From positions 180,001 through 212,000 of the forward strand of contig NZ_CP011304.1 of NCBI RefSeq assembly GCF_000981785.2: a stretch of 32,000 nucleotides of DNA, written 5' to 3'. Source of the stretch: Microcystis aeruginosa NIES-2549 (GTDB taxonomy: Bacteria; Cyanobacteriota; Cyanobacteriia; Cyanobacteriales; Microcystaceae). Under the pieces are notes generated by a model. It had not been told where the DNA came from and did not search any database. It saw nothing but the letters and a program-made list of their open reading frames with translations. Below are positions 25,231 to 32,000 of the stretch, in pieces (within the stretch, counting starts at the first letter, position 1; each line of letters starts with the position of its first letter). The position numbers and the translations under genes are program-made.

Positions 25231-26040
25231 ATGGAAACCCTCTTTCATCTAGTTACTTTTGCCTTTGTCTTCGCTTTTGGTGCCTCGGTGGGCAGTTTTT
25301 TAAACGTGGTCATCTATAGATTACCGAAAGGGATATCTCTAGTTTATCCCCCTTCCCACTGTCCGAAATGTCACCACAGGTTAGGTAAAAGCGAGAATAT
25401 ACCCGTTTTAGGCTGGTTATGGCTAGGGGGTCGCTGTCGCTGGTGCAAAACCCCGATTTCTGTCCGTTATCCAGCGGTCGAAACTTTTACCGGTTTATTA
25501 TTTTGTCTGGTTTTAGGAGATTTTAGCTTTTCTTGGCAGACCCTCGGCCATTGGATTCTGCTAAGTTGGTTATTAGCTTTAGCTTTGATCGATTTTGACA
25601 CGATGACGCTTCCTAACTCCCTCACCCAATCGGGATTAGTTTTAGGGATAGTTTTTCAGACTCTCTTGGGTTGGCAAAATAATCAAACTGTTATCTATCT
25701 CTTTTCAGCGATCGCTAGTGCGGTTTTAGGAGTCTGGTTATTTGATCTGACGCGGTGGGGGGGAAGTTTTGCCCTCAGACAGCAGGCCATGGGGGGAGGA
25801 GACGCGAAATTAGCGGCCATGATCGGTGCTTGGTTAGGATGGCAAGCATTATTAGTCACCGCTTTTCTGGCCTGTGCTATCGGGGCGGTGATCGGTATGA
25901 CGGGCATTTTTCTCGGTAAAATGGGAAAAAGACAAGCTATACCCTTCGGGCCATTTCTTGCCCTCGGCGCTCTGATGAGTGTCTTTTGGAGTGATAAGAT
26001 CATCTCAGCCTATCAAACCATTTTTTTGCCTTTGTTGTAA
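25231..26040 (+). CDS. pilD: Type IV prepilin leader peptidase / N-methyltransferase (A24 family)
   Basis: 269 aa with the Cys-rich motif CPKCHHRL...GGRCRWCKTPIS and the GGGDAKLAAMIGAWLG aspartyl-protease motif. Confidence 0.9.
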   Translation: METLFHLVTFAFVFAFGASVGSFLNVVIYRLPKGISLVYPPSHCPKCHHRLGKSENIPVLGWLWLGGRCRWCKTPISVRYPAVETFTGLLFCLVLGDFSFSWQTLGHWILLSWLLALALIDFDTMTLPNSLTQSGLVLGIVFQTLLGWQNNQTVIYLFSAIASAVLGVWLFDLTRWGGSFALRQQAMGGGDAKLAAMIGAWLGWQALLVTAFLACAIGAVIGMTGIFLGKMGKRQAIPFGPFLALGALMSVFWSDKIISAYQTIFLPLL

Positions 26041-26310
26041 AAAAGCTATCTTGTAATTAAATCTTGATACAATAGTCTTCTGTGTCTTGGATCACCATTA
26101 GAACAACCCCCAGTCTAGGGTAAGCCGATTGGCTACAGGAAATGCTCAAAGCTCAGGACATCCCCAGTCACGTTATCGCTATTGGCCTTGGTATTTATTG
26201 CGGCCAGGGGCATCAGGCCGCCCTACAAGTGCGTCCCCAAGATCGCTGGACAGCACTTTTGTTATTAAGTCCTCTAGAGGAAAGTCTATAAATTGTCTTT
26301 ATTTTAAACT

Positions 26311-27261
26311 ATGTCTCTATTTGATTGGTTTGCAAATCGCCAAAAAACAGAACCCAAGGTTCAACAACAACAGGAACGAGAAATAGCCGATGGTTTGTGG
26401 ACAAAATGCCCAAATTGCGGCGTTTTGGCCTATACGAAGGATTTATTAGCTAATCAATTGGTTTGTCTCGATTGCGGTCATCATAATCGGGTGGAAAGTG
26501 AAGAAAGAATTCGCCAGTTAGTGGATGCTAATACTTGGACTTGCCTCGATGAACAGATTCGACCGACGGATCCGCTCAAATTTCGCGATCGGAAAAGTTA
26601 TAGCGATCGCCTGCGGGAAACCCAAGAAAAAACGGGTCTGACGGATGCTGTCCGAACGGGAACGGGGACAATCGATGGTTTACCCGTAGCTTTAGGGGTG
26701 ATGGACTTCCGTTTTATGGGGGGTAGCATGGGATCGGTGGTGGGAGAAAAACTCTGTCGTTTGACGGAACACGCTACCGATGAACGTTTACCCCTCGTGA
26801 TCATCTGCGCTTCCGGTGGGGCGAGAATGCAGGAAGGAATGTTAAGTTTAATGCAGATGGCCAAGATTTCTGGCGCTCTTAACCGGCATCGGGAAGCAAA
26901 ATTACTCTATATTCCTGTCTTGACTAATCCCACCACGGGGGGAGTCACGGCCAGTTTTGCCATGTTGGGAGATATTATTATCGCTGAACCGAAGGCTACT
27001 ATCGGTTTTGCTGGTAAACGGGTAATTGAACAGACTTTGCGCGAGAAATTGCCGGAAGGTTTCCAAACATCGGAATATTTGTTAAAACATGGGTTTGTCG
27101 ATGCGATCATTCCTCGTCCCCATCTCAAGAAAACCCTGGCCCAATTAATTAGTTTACATCAGCCCTTTTTCCCCTTGTTATCCCCCCTCAACAGTCATCA
27201 TCACTACAGTCAGCCGGAGTTAATCCCTGTGAAAACAGCCCAAGGTCAAACAACAGTTTAA
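26311..27261 (+). CDS. accD: Acetyl-CoA carboxylase carboxyltransferase beta subunit
   Basis: Zinc ribbon CPNCGVLAY...CLDCGHHNR followed by [11 protein letters not shown] and SGGARMQEG. Confidence 0.95.
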   Translation: MSLFDWFANRQKTEPKVQQQQEREIADGLWTKCPNCGVLAYTKDLLANQLVCLDCGHHNRVESEERIRQLVDANTWTCLDEQIRPTDPLKFRDRKSYSDRLRETQEKTGLTDAVRTGTGTIDGLPVALGVMDFRFMGGSMGSVVGEKLCRLTEHATDERLPLVIICASGGARMQEGMLSLMQMAKISGALNRHREAKLLYIPVLTNPTTGGVTASFAMLGDIIIAEPKATIGFAGKRVIEQTLREKLPEGFQTSEYLLKHGFVDAIIPRPHLKKTLAQLISLHQPFFPLLSPLNSHHHYSQPELIPVKTAQGQTTV

Positions 27262-27400
27262 TCTTTGTAGGACGGCGCTGGAGTTGGCAGGGCTGGAGTT
27301 GAGAGTCTGAGCATTTGTACTAAATTGACTCAATAGACAGTTTAAATGTAGTGCATCCCACACCCCACACCAAGGCAAAGCTTTTTGCCGCCAACCCTAC

Positions 27401-27784
27401 TTAACCGGGTTGACAGCGATCGCAAAGTCCAAAAAATTCGAGAGTATGGTAATAAACCTTGAATTGGTGGGATTTTTCGAGTTTTTCTTCCAATTCATGA
27501 ACGGGACACTCATTAAAGACGATAGACCGGCCGCAATGAATACAGGTAAGATGGTGTTGGTCCTGCTGAACGGAACTGTAGAGGGATTCTCCTGTGGCTA
27601 GGGTTCTCACCTGCACCGCACCCTGTAGCTTTAGGGATTCTAGGGCGCGGTAAACAGTGGCTAACCCCATATTTTGGTCACGCTGACGGAGTTCCACAAA
27701 CAATTCTTGAGCGGATACTGCCCGATTTAAGGTTTTGAGTAAGTGGATAATGCGCTCTTGCGATCGGGTGCGTTGGGATTTCAT
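27401..27784 (-). CDS. zur: Fur-family metalloregulator, FurB/Zur-like
   Basis: RTRSQERIIHLLKTL...MGLATVYRALESLKLQGAVQVR...HHLTCIHCGRSI...HQFKVYYHTLEFFGLCDRCQ resembles cyanobacterial FurB/Zur (from memory). The track ORF begins at a TTG (27805), and the ATG at 27784 is preferred. Confidence 0.7.
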   Translation of the reverse strand: MKSQRTRSQERIIHLLKTLNRAVSAQELFVELRQRDQNMGLATVYRALESLKLQGAVQVRTLATGESLYSSVQQDQHHLTCIHCGRSIVFNECPVHELEEKLEKSHQFKVYYHTLEFFGLCDRCQPG

Positions 27785-27815
27785 ATCAAAAAGGTCAGCG
27801 ATCAAATTTAATTCT

Positions 27816-28073
27816 ATGCCAAAAAATTATCAGTGCTTTATTTATGTTACCCTGCGCCCTTCGGTTCTCGATCCGGCGGGTACGGCGGTAGAGTCGGGAT
27901 TAAAGCAATTAGGTTATGATACTGTAGCCGGGGTGCGAATTGGTAAGTATATTGAGCTTACCGTGGCAGCAGAGGATGAAACCAGCGCCCGCGCACAATT
28001 GGATCAAATGTGCGATCAACTATTGGCTAATCCTGTAATTGAAAATTATCGCTTTGATTTGCATTGTCAGTAG
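27816..28073 (+). CDS. purS: Phosphoribosylformylglycinamidine synthase subunit PurS
   Basis: The sequence from the internal Met, MPKNYQCFIYVTLRPSVLDPAGTAVESGLKQLGY..., is a complete ~85-aa PurS. The 5' extension in the track ORF overlaps zur and is judged spurious. Confidence 0.9.
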   Translation: MPKNYQCFIYVTLRPSVLDPAGTAVESGLKQLGYDTVAGVRIGKYIELTVAAEDETSARAQLDQMCDQLLANPVIENYRFDLHCQ

Positions 28074-28106
28074 ACAGAAGTCAGGAGTCAGGAGACGGGA
28101 GGTAGG
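28072..28106 (+). repeat. Degenerate heptamer repeat of the AGNCNGG family (agacaga agtcagg agtcagg agacggg aggtagg)
   Basis: Overlaps the purS stop and the purS-purQ spacer. Confidence 0.75.
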
Positions 28107-28165
28107 GCAAATAATTAAAATTTGCCTGTCACCTTCTGCTAAAAAACTTAATTAAGTTAAAAATT

Positions 28166-28849
28166 ATGAAGTTTGGGATTATTGTTTTCCCCGGATCGAA
28201 TTGCGATCGAGATGTGGCAACGGTGACGGAGGGGATTTTTCAGCAACCTACCCGCTATGTTTGGCATCAAGAGACGGATCTAGGGGATGTGGATGTGATT
28301 GTGGTGCCGGGGGGATTTAGTTACGGCGATTATTTGCGCTGTGGTGCGATCGCTCGATTTTCACCAGCAATGAAAACTGTCCGAGAAGAAGCCGAAAAAG
28401 GTAAATTAGTTTTAGGCATCTGTAACGGTTTTCAGGTATTAACGGAAATTGGACTGCTACCCGGTGCGTTAATTCGCAATCGGGATTTACATTTTATCTG
28501 CGATCGAGTGCCAGTAAAAGTGGAAAATAATCAATCTGTCTGGACGCGAGGCTATCAACCACAACAGGTGCTTAATTTGCCCATTGCTCACGGGGAAGGG
28601 CGTTATTATGCCGCAGAAGATACGTTAAAATCTCTGGAGGATAACGGTCAAATTCTCTTTCGTTACTGCACTCCCACAGGAGAGGTAAATGAGTCAGGAA
28701 ATCCCAACGGATCGTTAAATAATATTGCGGGAATTACCAATAAAGCAGGAAATGTGCTAGGAATGATGCCTCATCCCGAACGGGCCGCCGATCCGCTGCT
28801 CAATTTGACCGATGGTAGTCTATTATTTCGGGAGTTGATCAATTGTTGA
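28166..28849 (+). CDS. purQ: Phosphoribosylformylglycinamidine synthase subunit PurQ (glutaminase)
   Basis: MKFGIIVFPGSNCDRD...GICNGFQVL...MMPHPER, a class I glutamine amidotransferase triad. Confidence 0.95.
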   Translation: MKFGIIVFPGSNCDRDVATVTEGIFQQPTRYVWHQETDLGDVDVIVVPGGFSYGDYLRCGAIARFSPAMKTVREEAEKGKLVLGICNGFQVLTEIGLLPGALIRNRDLHFICDRVPVKVENNQSVWTRGYQPQQVLNLPIAHGEGRYYAAEDTLKSLEDNGQILFRYCTPTGEVNESGNPNGSLNNIAGITNKAGNVLGMMPHPERAADPLLNLTDGSLLFRELINC

Positions 28850-28887
28850 TGACCAGACCTCTTGCAAAAATCAAAAATTGTTGTTAG

Positions 28888-28924
28888 GGTCAGGAGTCAG
28901 TAGCCAGTAGTCAGTAGTCAGGAG
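28888..28924 (+). repeat. Heptamer tandem repeat of the AGTCAGT/AGTCAGG family
   Basis: ggtcagg agtcagt agccagt agtcagt agtcagg, downstream of purQ. Confidence 0.9.
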
Positions 28925-29048
28925 AATTAAAAATGAATAATAATCAATTAAATGGTCTATTTACAGATTTTATGCAATTTAATCCTTATTTTTGCCGTTT
29001 TTAAACCCTCAAATAGTTGGGTTTTTTGGGGTTTTAGTTAAAATTTCC

Positions 29049-29090
29049 CTGATAACTGATAACTGATAACTGATAACTGATAACTGATAA
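29049..29090 (+). repeat. Perfect heptamer tandem repeat (CTGATAA)6
   Basis: Six perfect units ending 4 nt before the predicted GTG start of the CDF transporter. It is the same repeat family as the arrays in the r-protein operon, in the same orientation relative to transcription. Confidence 0.95.
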
Positions 29091-29094
29091 TCCT

Positions 29095-30021
29095 GTGGCT
29101 GTTTTAAGAGATAATCGGGCTACCGTCCAAAAGGTTCTTTGGATCACCCTGCTGCTGAACATTTTGGTTATGGCGATCAAAGCGGGGTTGGGTTTGAGGA
29201 TTGGTGCTTTAAGTCTGCAAGCGGATGCTCTCCATAGTGTCACCGATAGTGCGAATAATGTCTTGGGATTGGTAGCGATGCGGTTTTCTTCTCCCTATCC
29301 CGATCGAGATCATCCCTACGGACATCTGAAATACGAAGCGATCGGAGCTTTAGCGATCGCCGCCTTTTTGGGGATTGCCTGTTTTGAAATCTTGCAAGGG
29401 GCGGTCATGCGTATTATCAAAGGAGGAAAACCCGTCGAGATTGCCGGTCCTGAGTTATGGCTATTAATTATCGTTTTAGGGGTGAATATTTTTGTCACCT
29501 ATTATGAAAGATCCGTGGGGCAGCGTGTCGGTAGTGCGATTTTGATTGCCGATGCTCGTCATACCATGAGTGATGTGTGGGTGACAATTACGGTTTTATT
29601 GGGTTTAGTCGGGGTTTGGGTGGGCAATACGGCTAATATTCCCCAATTACAATGGTTAGATGTGATTTTGTCCTTTCCCGTCGCTTTTTTGGTGTTTAGC
29701 AGTGGTTGGAAAGTCCTGATGGAGAATTTACCTTTGTTAGTGGATGAAATGGCGATCGCTCCTGAAGTGATTCATCAAATTGTCATGGGGGTGCCGGGGG
29801 TGCTTAATTGTCATGCGATCGCATCTCGGGGAGTGGTGGGAAGACAGGTATTTATAGAAATGCACCTAGTTGTCTCCGCTCAAGATGTGGAAACTGCTCA
29901 CAGGATCACGGAAGCGGTAGAAGCAAGATTAACCCAACAATTTAGCCCTGTGAGAATTTTAATTCACGTTGAACCGCCGGATTATCGCTCCGATCAGATC
30001 ACTTTCGAGCAGGAATTGTAA
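29095..30021 (+). CDS. Cation diffusion facilitator (CDF) family divalent-metal efflux transporter
   Basis: 308 aa with six TM helices, [13 protein letters not shown] (TM2 metal site), DARHTMSDV (TM5) and a C-terminal cytoplasmic domain. The start is a GTG. Confidence 0.85.
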   Translation: MAVLRDNRATVQKVLWITLLLNILVMAIKAGLGLRIGALSLQADALHSVTDSANNVLGLVAMRFSSPYPDRDHPYGHLKYEAIGALAIAAFLGIACFEILQGAVMRIIKGGKPVEIAGPELWLLIIVLGVNIFVTYYERSVGQRVGSAILIADARHTMSDVWVTITVLLGLVGVWVGNTANIPQLQWLDVILSFPVAFLVFSSGWKVLMENLPLLVDEMAIAPEVIHQIVMGVPGVLNCHAIASRGVVGRQVFIEMHLVVSAQDVETAHRITEAVEARLTQQFSPVRILIHVEPPDYRSDQITFEQEL

Positions 30022-30067
30022 GGCAAAAAGGCCTAGAATAAGTAGCGAACTTTTGCTAGAGGTGGCC

Positions 30068-31144
30068 ATGGCGACAGAAAATCAAGCTAGAAACATAGTA
30101 ATTACTGGTGGAGCAGGATTTATCGGCTCGAATTTTGTTCATCATTGGTGCGAGAATTATCCCGAGGATCGTGTCATTGTTCTCGATGCTCTTACCTACG
30201 CAGGCAATTTGAATAATTTAGCGACACTGAAAGATAGAAAGAATTTCCGTTTTCTGCAAGGGGATATCTGCGATCGAGCGTTAGTTGATCAATTATTTGC
30301 CGGTGAAAATATCGATACAGTTGCCCATTTTGCCGCCGAATCCCATGTGGATCGATCGATTCTCGGTCCTGGGGCTTTTGTGCAGACTAATGTGGTGGGA
30401 ACTTTTACTCTATTAGAAAGTTTTCGGCAACATTGGTTAAGTAATCATCAACCGGATAACTATCGTTTTCTGCACGTTTCCACCGATGAGGTTTATGGCA
30501 GTTTAGGAGTAGATGATCCGGCTTTTACCGAAACTACTCCCTATGCTCCTAATAGTCCCTATTCTGCCTCAAAAGCGGGGAGTGATCATCTAGCGAGAGC
30601 TTATTTTCACACCTACGGAATGCCGACAATTATTACTAATTGCTCTAATAATTATGGTTCCTATCATTTTCCCGAAAAGTTAATTCCTTTGATGTGTATT
30701 AATATTCTTTTGGGGAAACCTTTACCCGTTTATGGTGATGGTCAAAATGTTCGAGATTGGTTATATGTGCGTGATCATTGTCAAGCTTTAGATACAGTTA
30801 TTCACAAGGGAAAAGTGGGAGAAACCTATAATATTGGCGGCAATAACGAGGTAAAAAATATCGATTTAGTCAGGATGTTATGTGAGTTAATGGATGAATT
30901 GGCCCCCGATTTACCCGTGCAACCCGCTCAGAATTTAATTACTTTTGTTAAGGATCGTCCCGGACATGATCGCCGGTATGCTATTGATGCCACTAAAATT
31001 CGCACCGAATTAGGTTGGCAACCTCAAGAAACCGTAGAGGGGGGATTAAGAAAAACCATTCAATGGTATCTCGATCATCGGGATTGGTGGCAACCTTTGT
31101 TATCCAAAGAATATCAAGAGTATTATGGGAAAGTTTACGGTTAG
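30068..31144 (+). CDS. rfbB: dTDP-glucose 4,6-dehydratase
   Basis: [24 protein letters not shown]...STDEVYG...[11 protein letters not shown]...[11 protein letters not shown]. The upstream 33 codons of the track ORF overlap the CDF gene and are judged spurious. Confidence 0.9.
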   Translation: MATENQARNIVITGGAGFIGSNFVHHWCENYPEDRVIVLDALTYAGNLNNLATLKDRKNFRFLQGDICDRALVDQLFAGENIDTVAHFAAESHVDRSILGPGAFVQTNVVGTFTLLESFRQHWLSNHQPDNYRFLHVSTDEVYGSLGVDDPAFTETTPYAPNSPYSASKAGSDHLARAYFHTYGMPTIITNCSNNYGSYHFPEKLIPLMCINILLGKPLPVYGDGQNVRDWLYVRDHCQALDTVIHKGKVGETYNIGGNNEVKNIDLVRMLCELMDELAPDLPVQPAQNLITFVKDRPGHDRRYAIDATKIRTELGWQPQETVEGGLRKTIQWYLDHRDWWQPLLSKEYQEYYGKVYG

Positions 31145-31175
31145 AGAGGGGTAAAAACTTTAATCTTAATTTTGG

Positions 31176-31199
31176 GTGTGTTAGTTTTTGCTAACACAC
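31176..31199 (+). terminator. Stem-loop downstream of rfbB (likely intrinsic terminator)
   Basis: GTGTGTTAG-tttttg-CTAACACAC, a perfect 9-bp stem followed by ttattacttt. Confidence 0.55.
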
Positions 31200-31492
31200 T
31201 TATTACTTTAGCTAGATTAATATTTGGCTCTCCCAGGTTTGGTGGGTAAAATGTATTCTAAGATACAGTCTTGCGGGCGAGGGAGTGGAACGAACCACTC
31301 CAGACAGAAAGGACACAAAGATTGATCGCTACTATATAAGTTAAACTTATGACACAAAGAATAAGAGAGCCAATATTTTAATTGTCAGTAATTAAGATCA
31401 CAGGAAAATCTCAAAAAAATAGTTAGCGTTGAGAGATAATAGGAGCAGAGCAGACTAAGACTGGCAATCTTTACTTTTTATTAGCAGCAACT

Positions 31493-32000
31493 ATGGCTTA
31501 TAAAAGAAATTATCGCCGCCGCAAGAATCGGCAATCGGGAAGGACAATTCCAGGGATTTTCATCTTTTTAGTTTTAATCTCCTTTGGGATGGCATTTAAA
31601 AACCAAAGTTCTCAACTGCTCAGGAATTTTCAATCATTTAAACCGGCAAATGACTTAATTTATAATACTAATAATCTGCAACTTTCTCAGCCAATTATTC
31701 CGGGGAATGATCCCCAAGTTAGACAGGGAAATTATCAAAACATTGATCCTCTAGCTCGCAGCATCAATTATTCAGGGAATTCTCTATCAGAATTAGCAAC
31801 AATTCTATCTAAATATGCCAAAACAGAAGCAGAAAAAGCCCGCATTATTTACGTTTGGATAACCCATAATATTACCTACGATGTGGCAAGTTTTTTCAGG
31901 GGTAATTACGGTGATGCTAGTGCTTATACTGTCCTCAAAAATCGTTTAGCTGTCTGTTCAGGTTATGCCAATCTTTATCAAGCTTTAGCAGAAAAAATGG
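31493..32000 (+). CDS. Transglutaminase-like domain membrane-anchored protein (5' part; runs off the window)
   Basis: Hand translation gives MAYKRNYRRRKNRQSGRTIPGIFIFLVLISFGMAF... (basic N-terminus plus one TM helix), then ...ARIIYVWITHNITYD...LKNRLAVCSGYANLYQALAEKM. The Cys-containing motif is typical of the transglutaminase-like core. Confidence 0.6.
   Translation, partial: MAYKRNYRRRKNRQSGRTIPGIFIFLVLISFGMAFKNQSSQLLRNFQSFKPANDLIYNTNNLQLSQPIIPGNDPQVRQGNYQNIDPLARSINYSGNSLSELATILSKYAKTEAEKARIIYVWITHNITYDVASFFRGNYGDASAYTVLKNRLAVCSGYANLYQALAEKM

Noticed and set aside
26129-26386. 85-aa ORF overlapping the accD start
   Set aside because: It is out of frame with accD and runs into it, and its product is Arg/Ser/Pro-rich without motifs. 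It is probably spurious.
29034-29243. 69-aa minus-strand ORF across the (CTGATAA)6 array
   Set aside because: It reads through the stop-free antisense orientation of the heptamer array ([13 protein letters not shown]) and is antisense to the CDF transporter N-terminus.
29969-30067. N-terminal extensions of track ORFs (rfbB at 29969; also purS at 27735 and glmS at 6060)
   Set aside because: The extensions overlap neighbouring genes or precede the conserved N-terminal motifs (GGAGFIGS Rossmann start, complete PurS, Cys2 of GlmS). Internal starts were chosen instead.

Overview
This window looks like cyanobacterial chromosome. It has at least 14 HIP1 octamers (GCGATCGC) counted by eye, many intergenic heptanucleotide tandem repeats (STRR-like), and cyanobacterial gene content including ClpR, PII, DUF3067 and DUF4079. 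It resembles Microcystis or a related Chroococcalean genome, but I cannot verify that without a search. The core of the window (9442-20683, minus strand) is a 22-gene fused S10/spc ribosomal-protein cluster running rplC to rplO, then secY and adk. Housekeeping genes flank it: clpR, a quinone oxidoreductase, accB, efp and glmS on the left; glnB, pilD, accD, zur, purS, purQ, a CDF transporter and rfbB on the right. I found no tRNA, rRNA, CRISPR array, transposase or integrase.

Three small pockets look accessory. All three are lower in GC and free of HIP1.
1. 6205-9399: a 2.5-kb cassette between glmS and adk, bracketed by ~363-bp direct repeats that are about 95% identical. It carries a single 741-aa ORF that fuses an HsdR_N-like PD-(D/E)xK nuclease domain to a DPPY DNA methyltransferase. 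This is my best candidate for an unusual defence or epigenetic module.
2. 23804-24811: a 335-aa protein with a clear C-terminal NADAR (YbiA/DUF1768) ADP-ribose-processing domain. Its ~185-aa N-terminal domain is one I cannot place.
3. 3550-4091: an overlapping two-gene toxin-antitoxin-like pair ending in a DUF2283 protein.

The ribosomal operon also has unusually long spacers filled with repeats. (CUGAUAA)n arrays always sit in the transcript-sense orientation, where they place stop codons in all three frames. The rplO-secY spacer holds an array of 11 G-runs (a G-quadruplex candidate) next to a (CCTTTTG)5 tract. All functional calls rest on motif recognition by eye. No database search was run.
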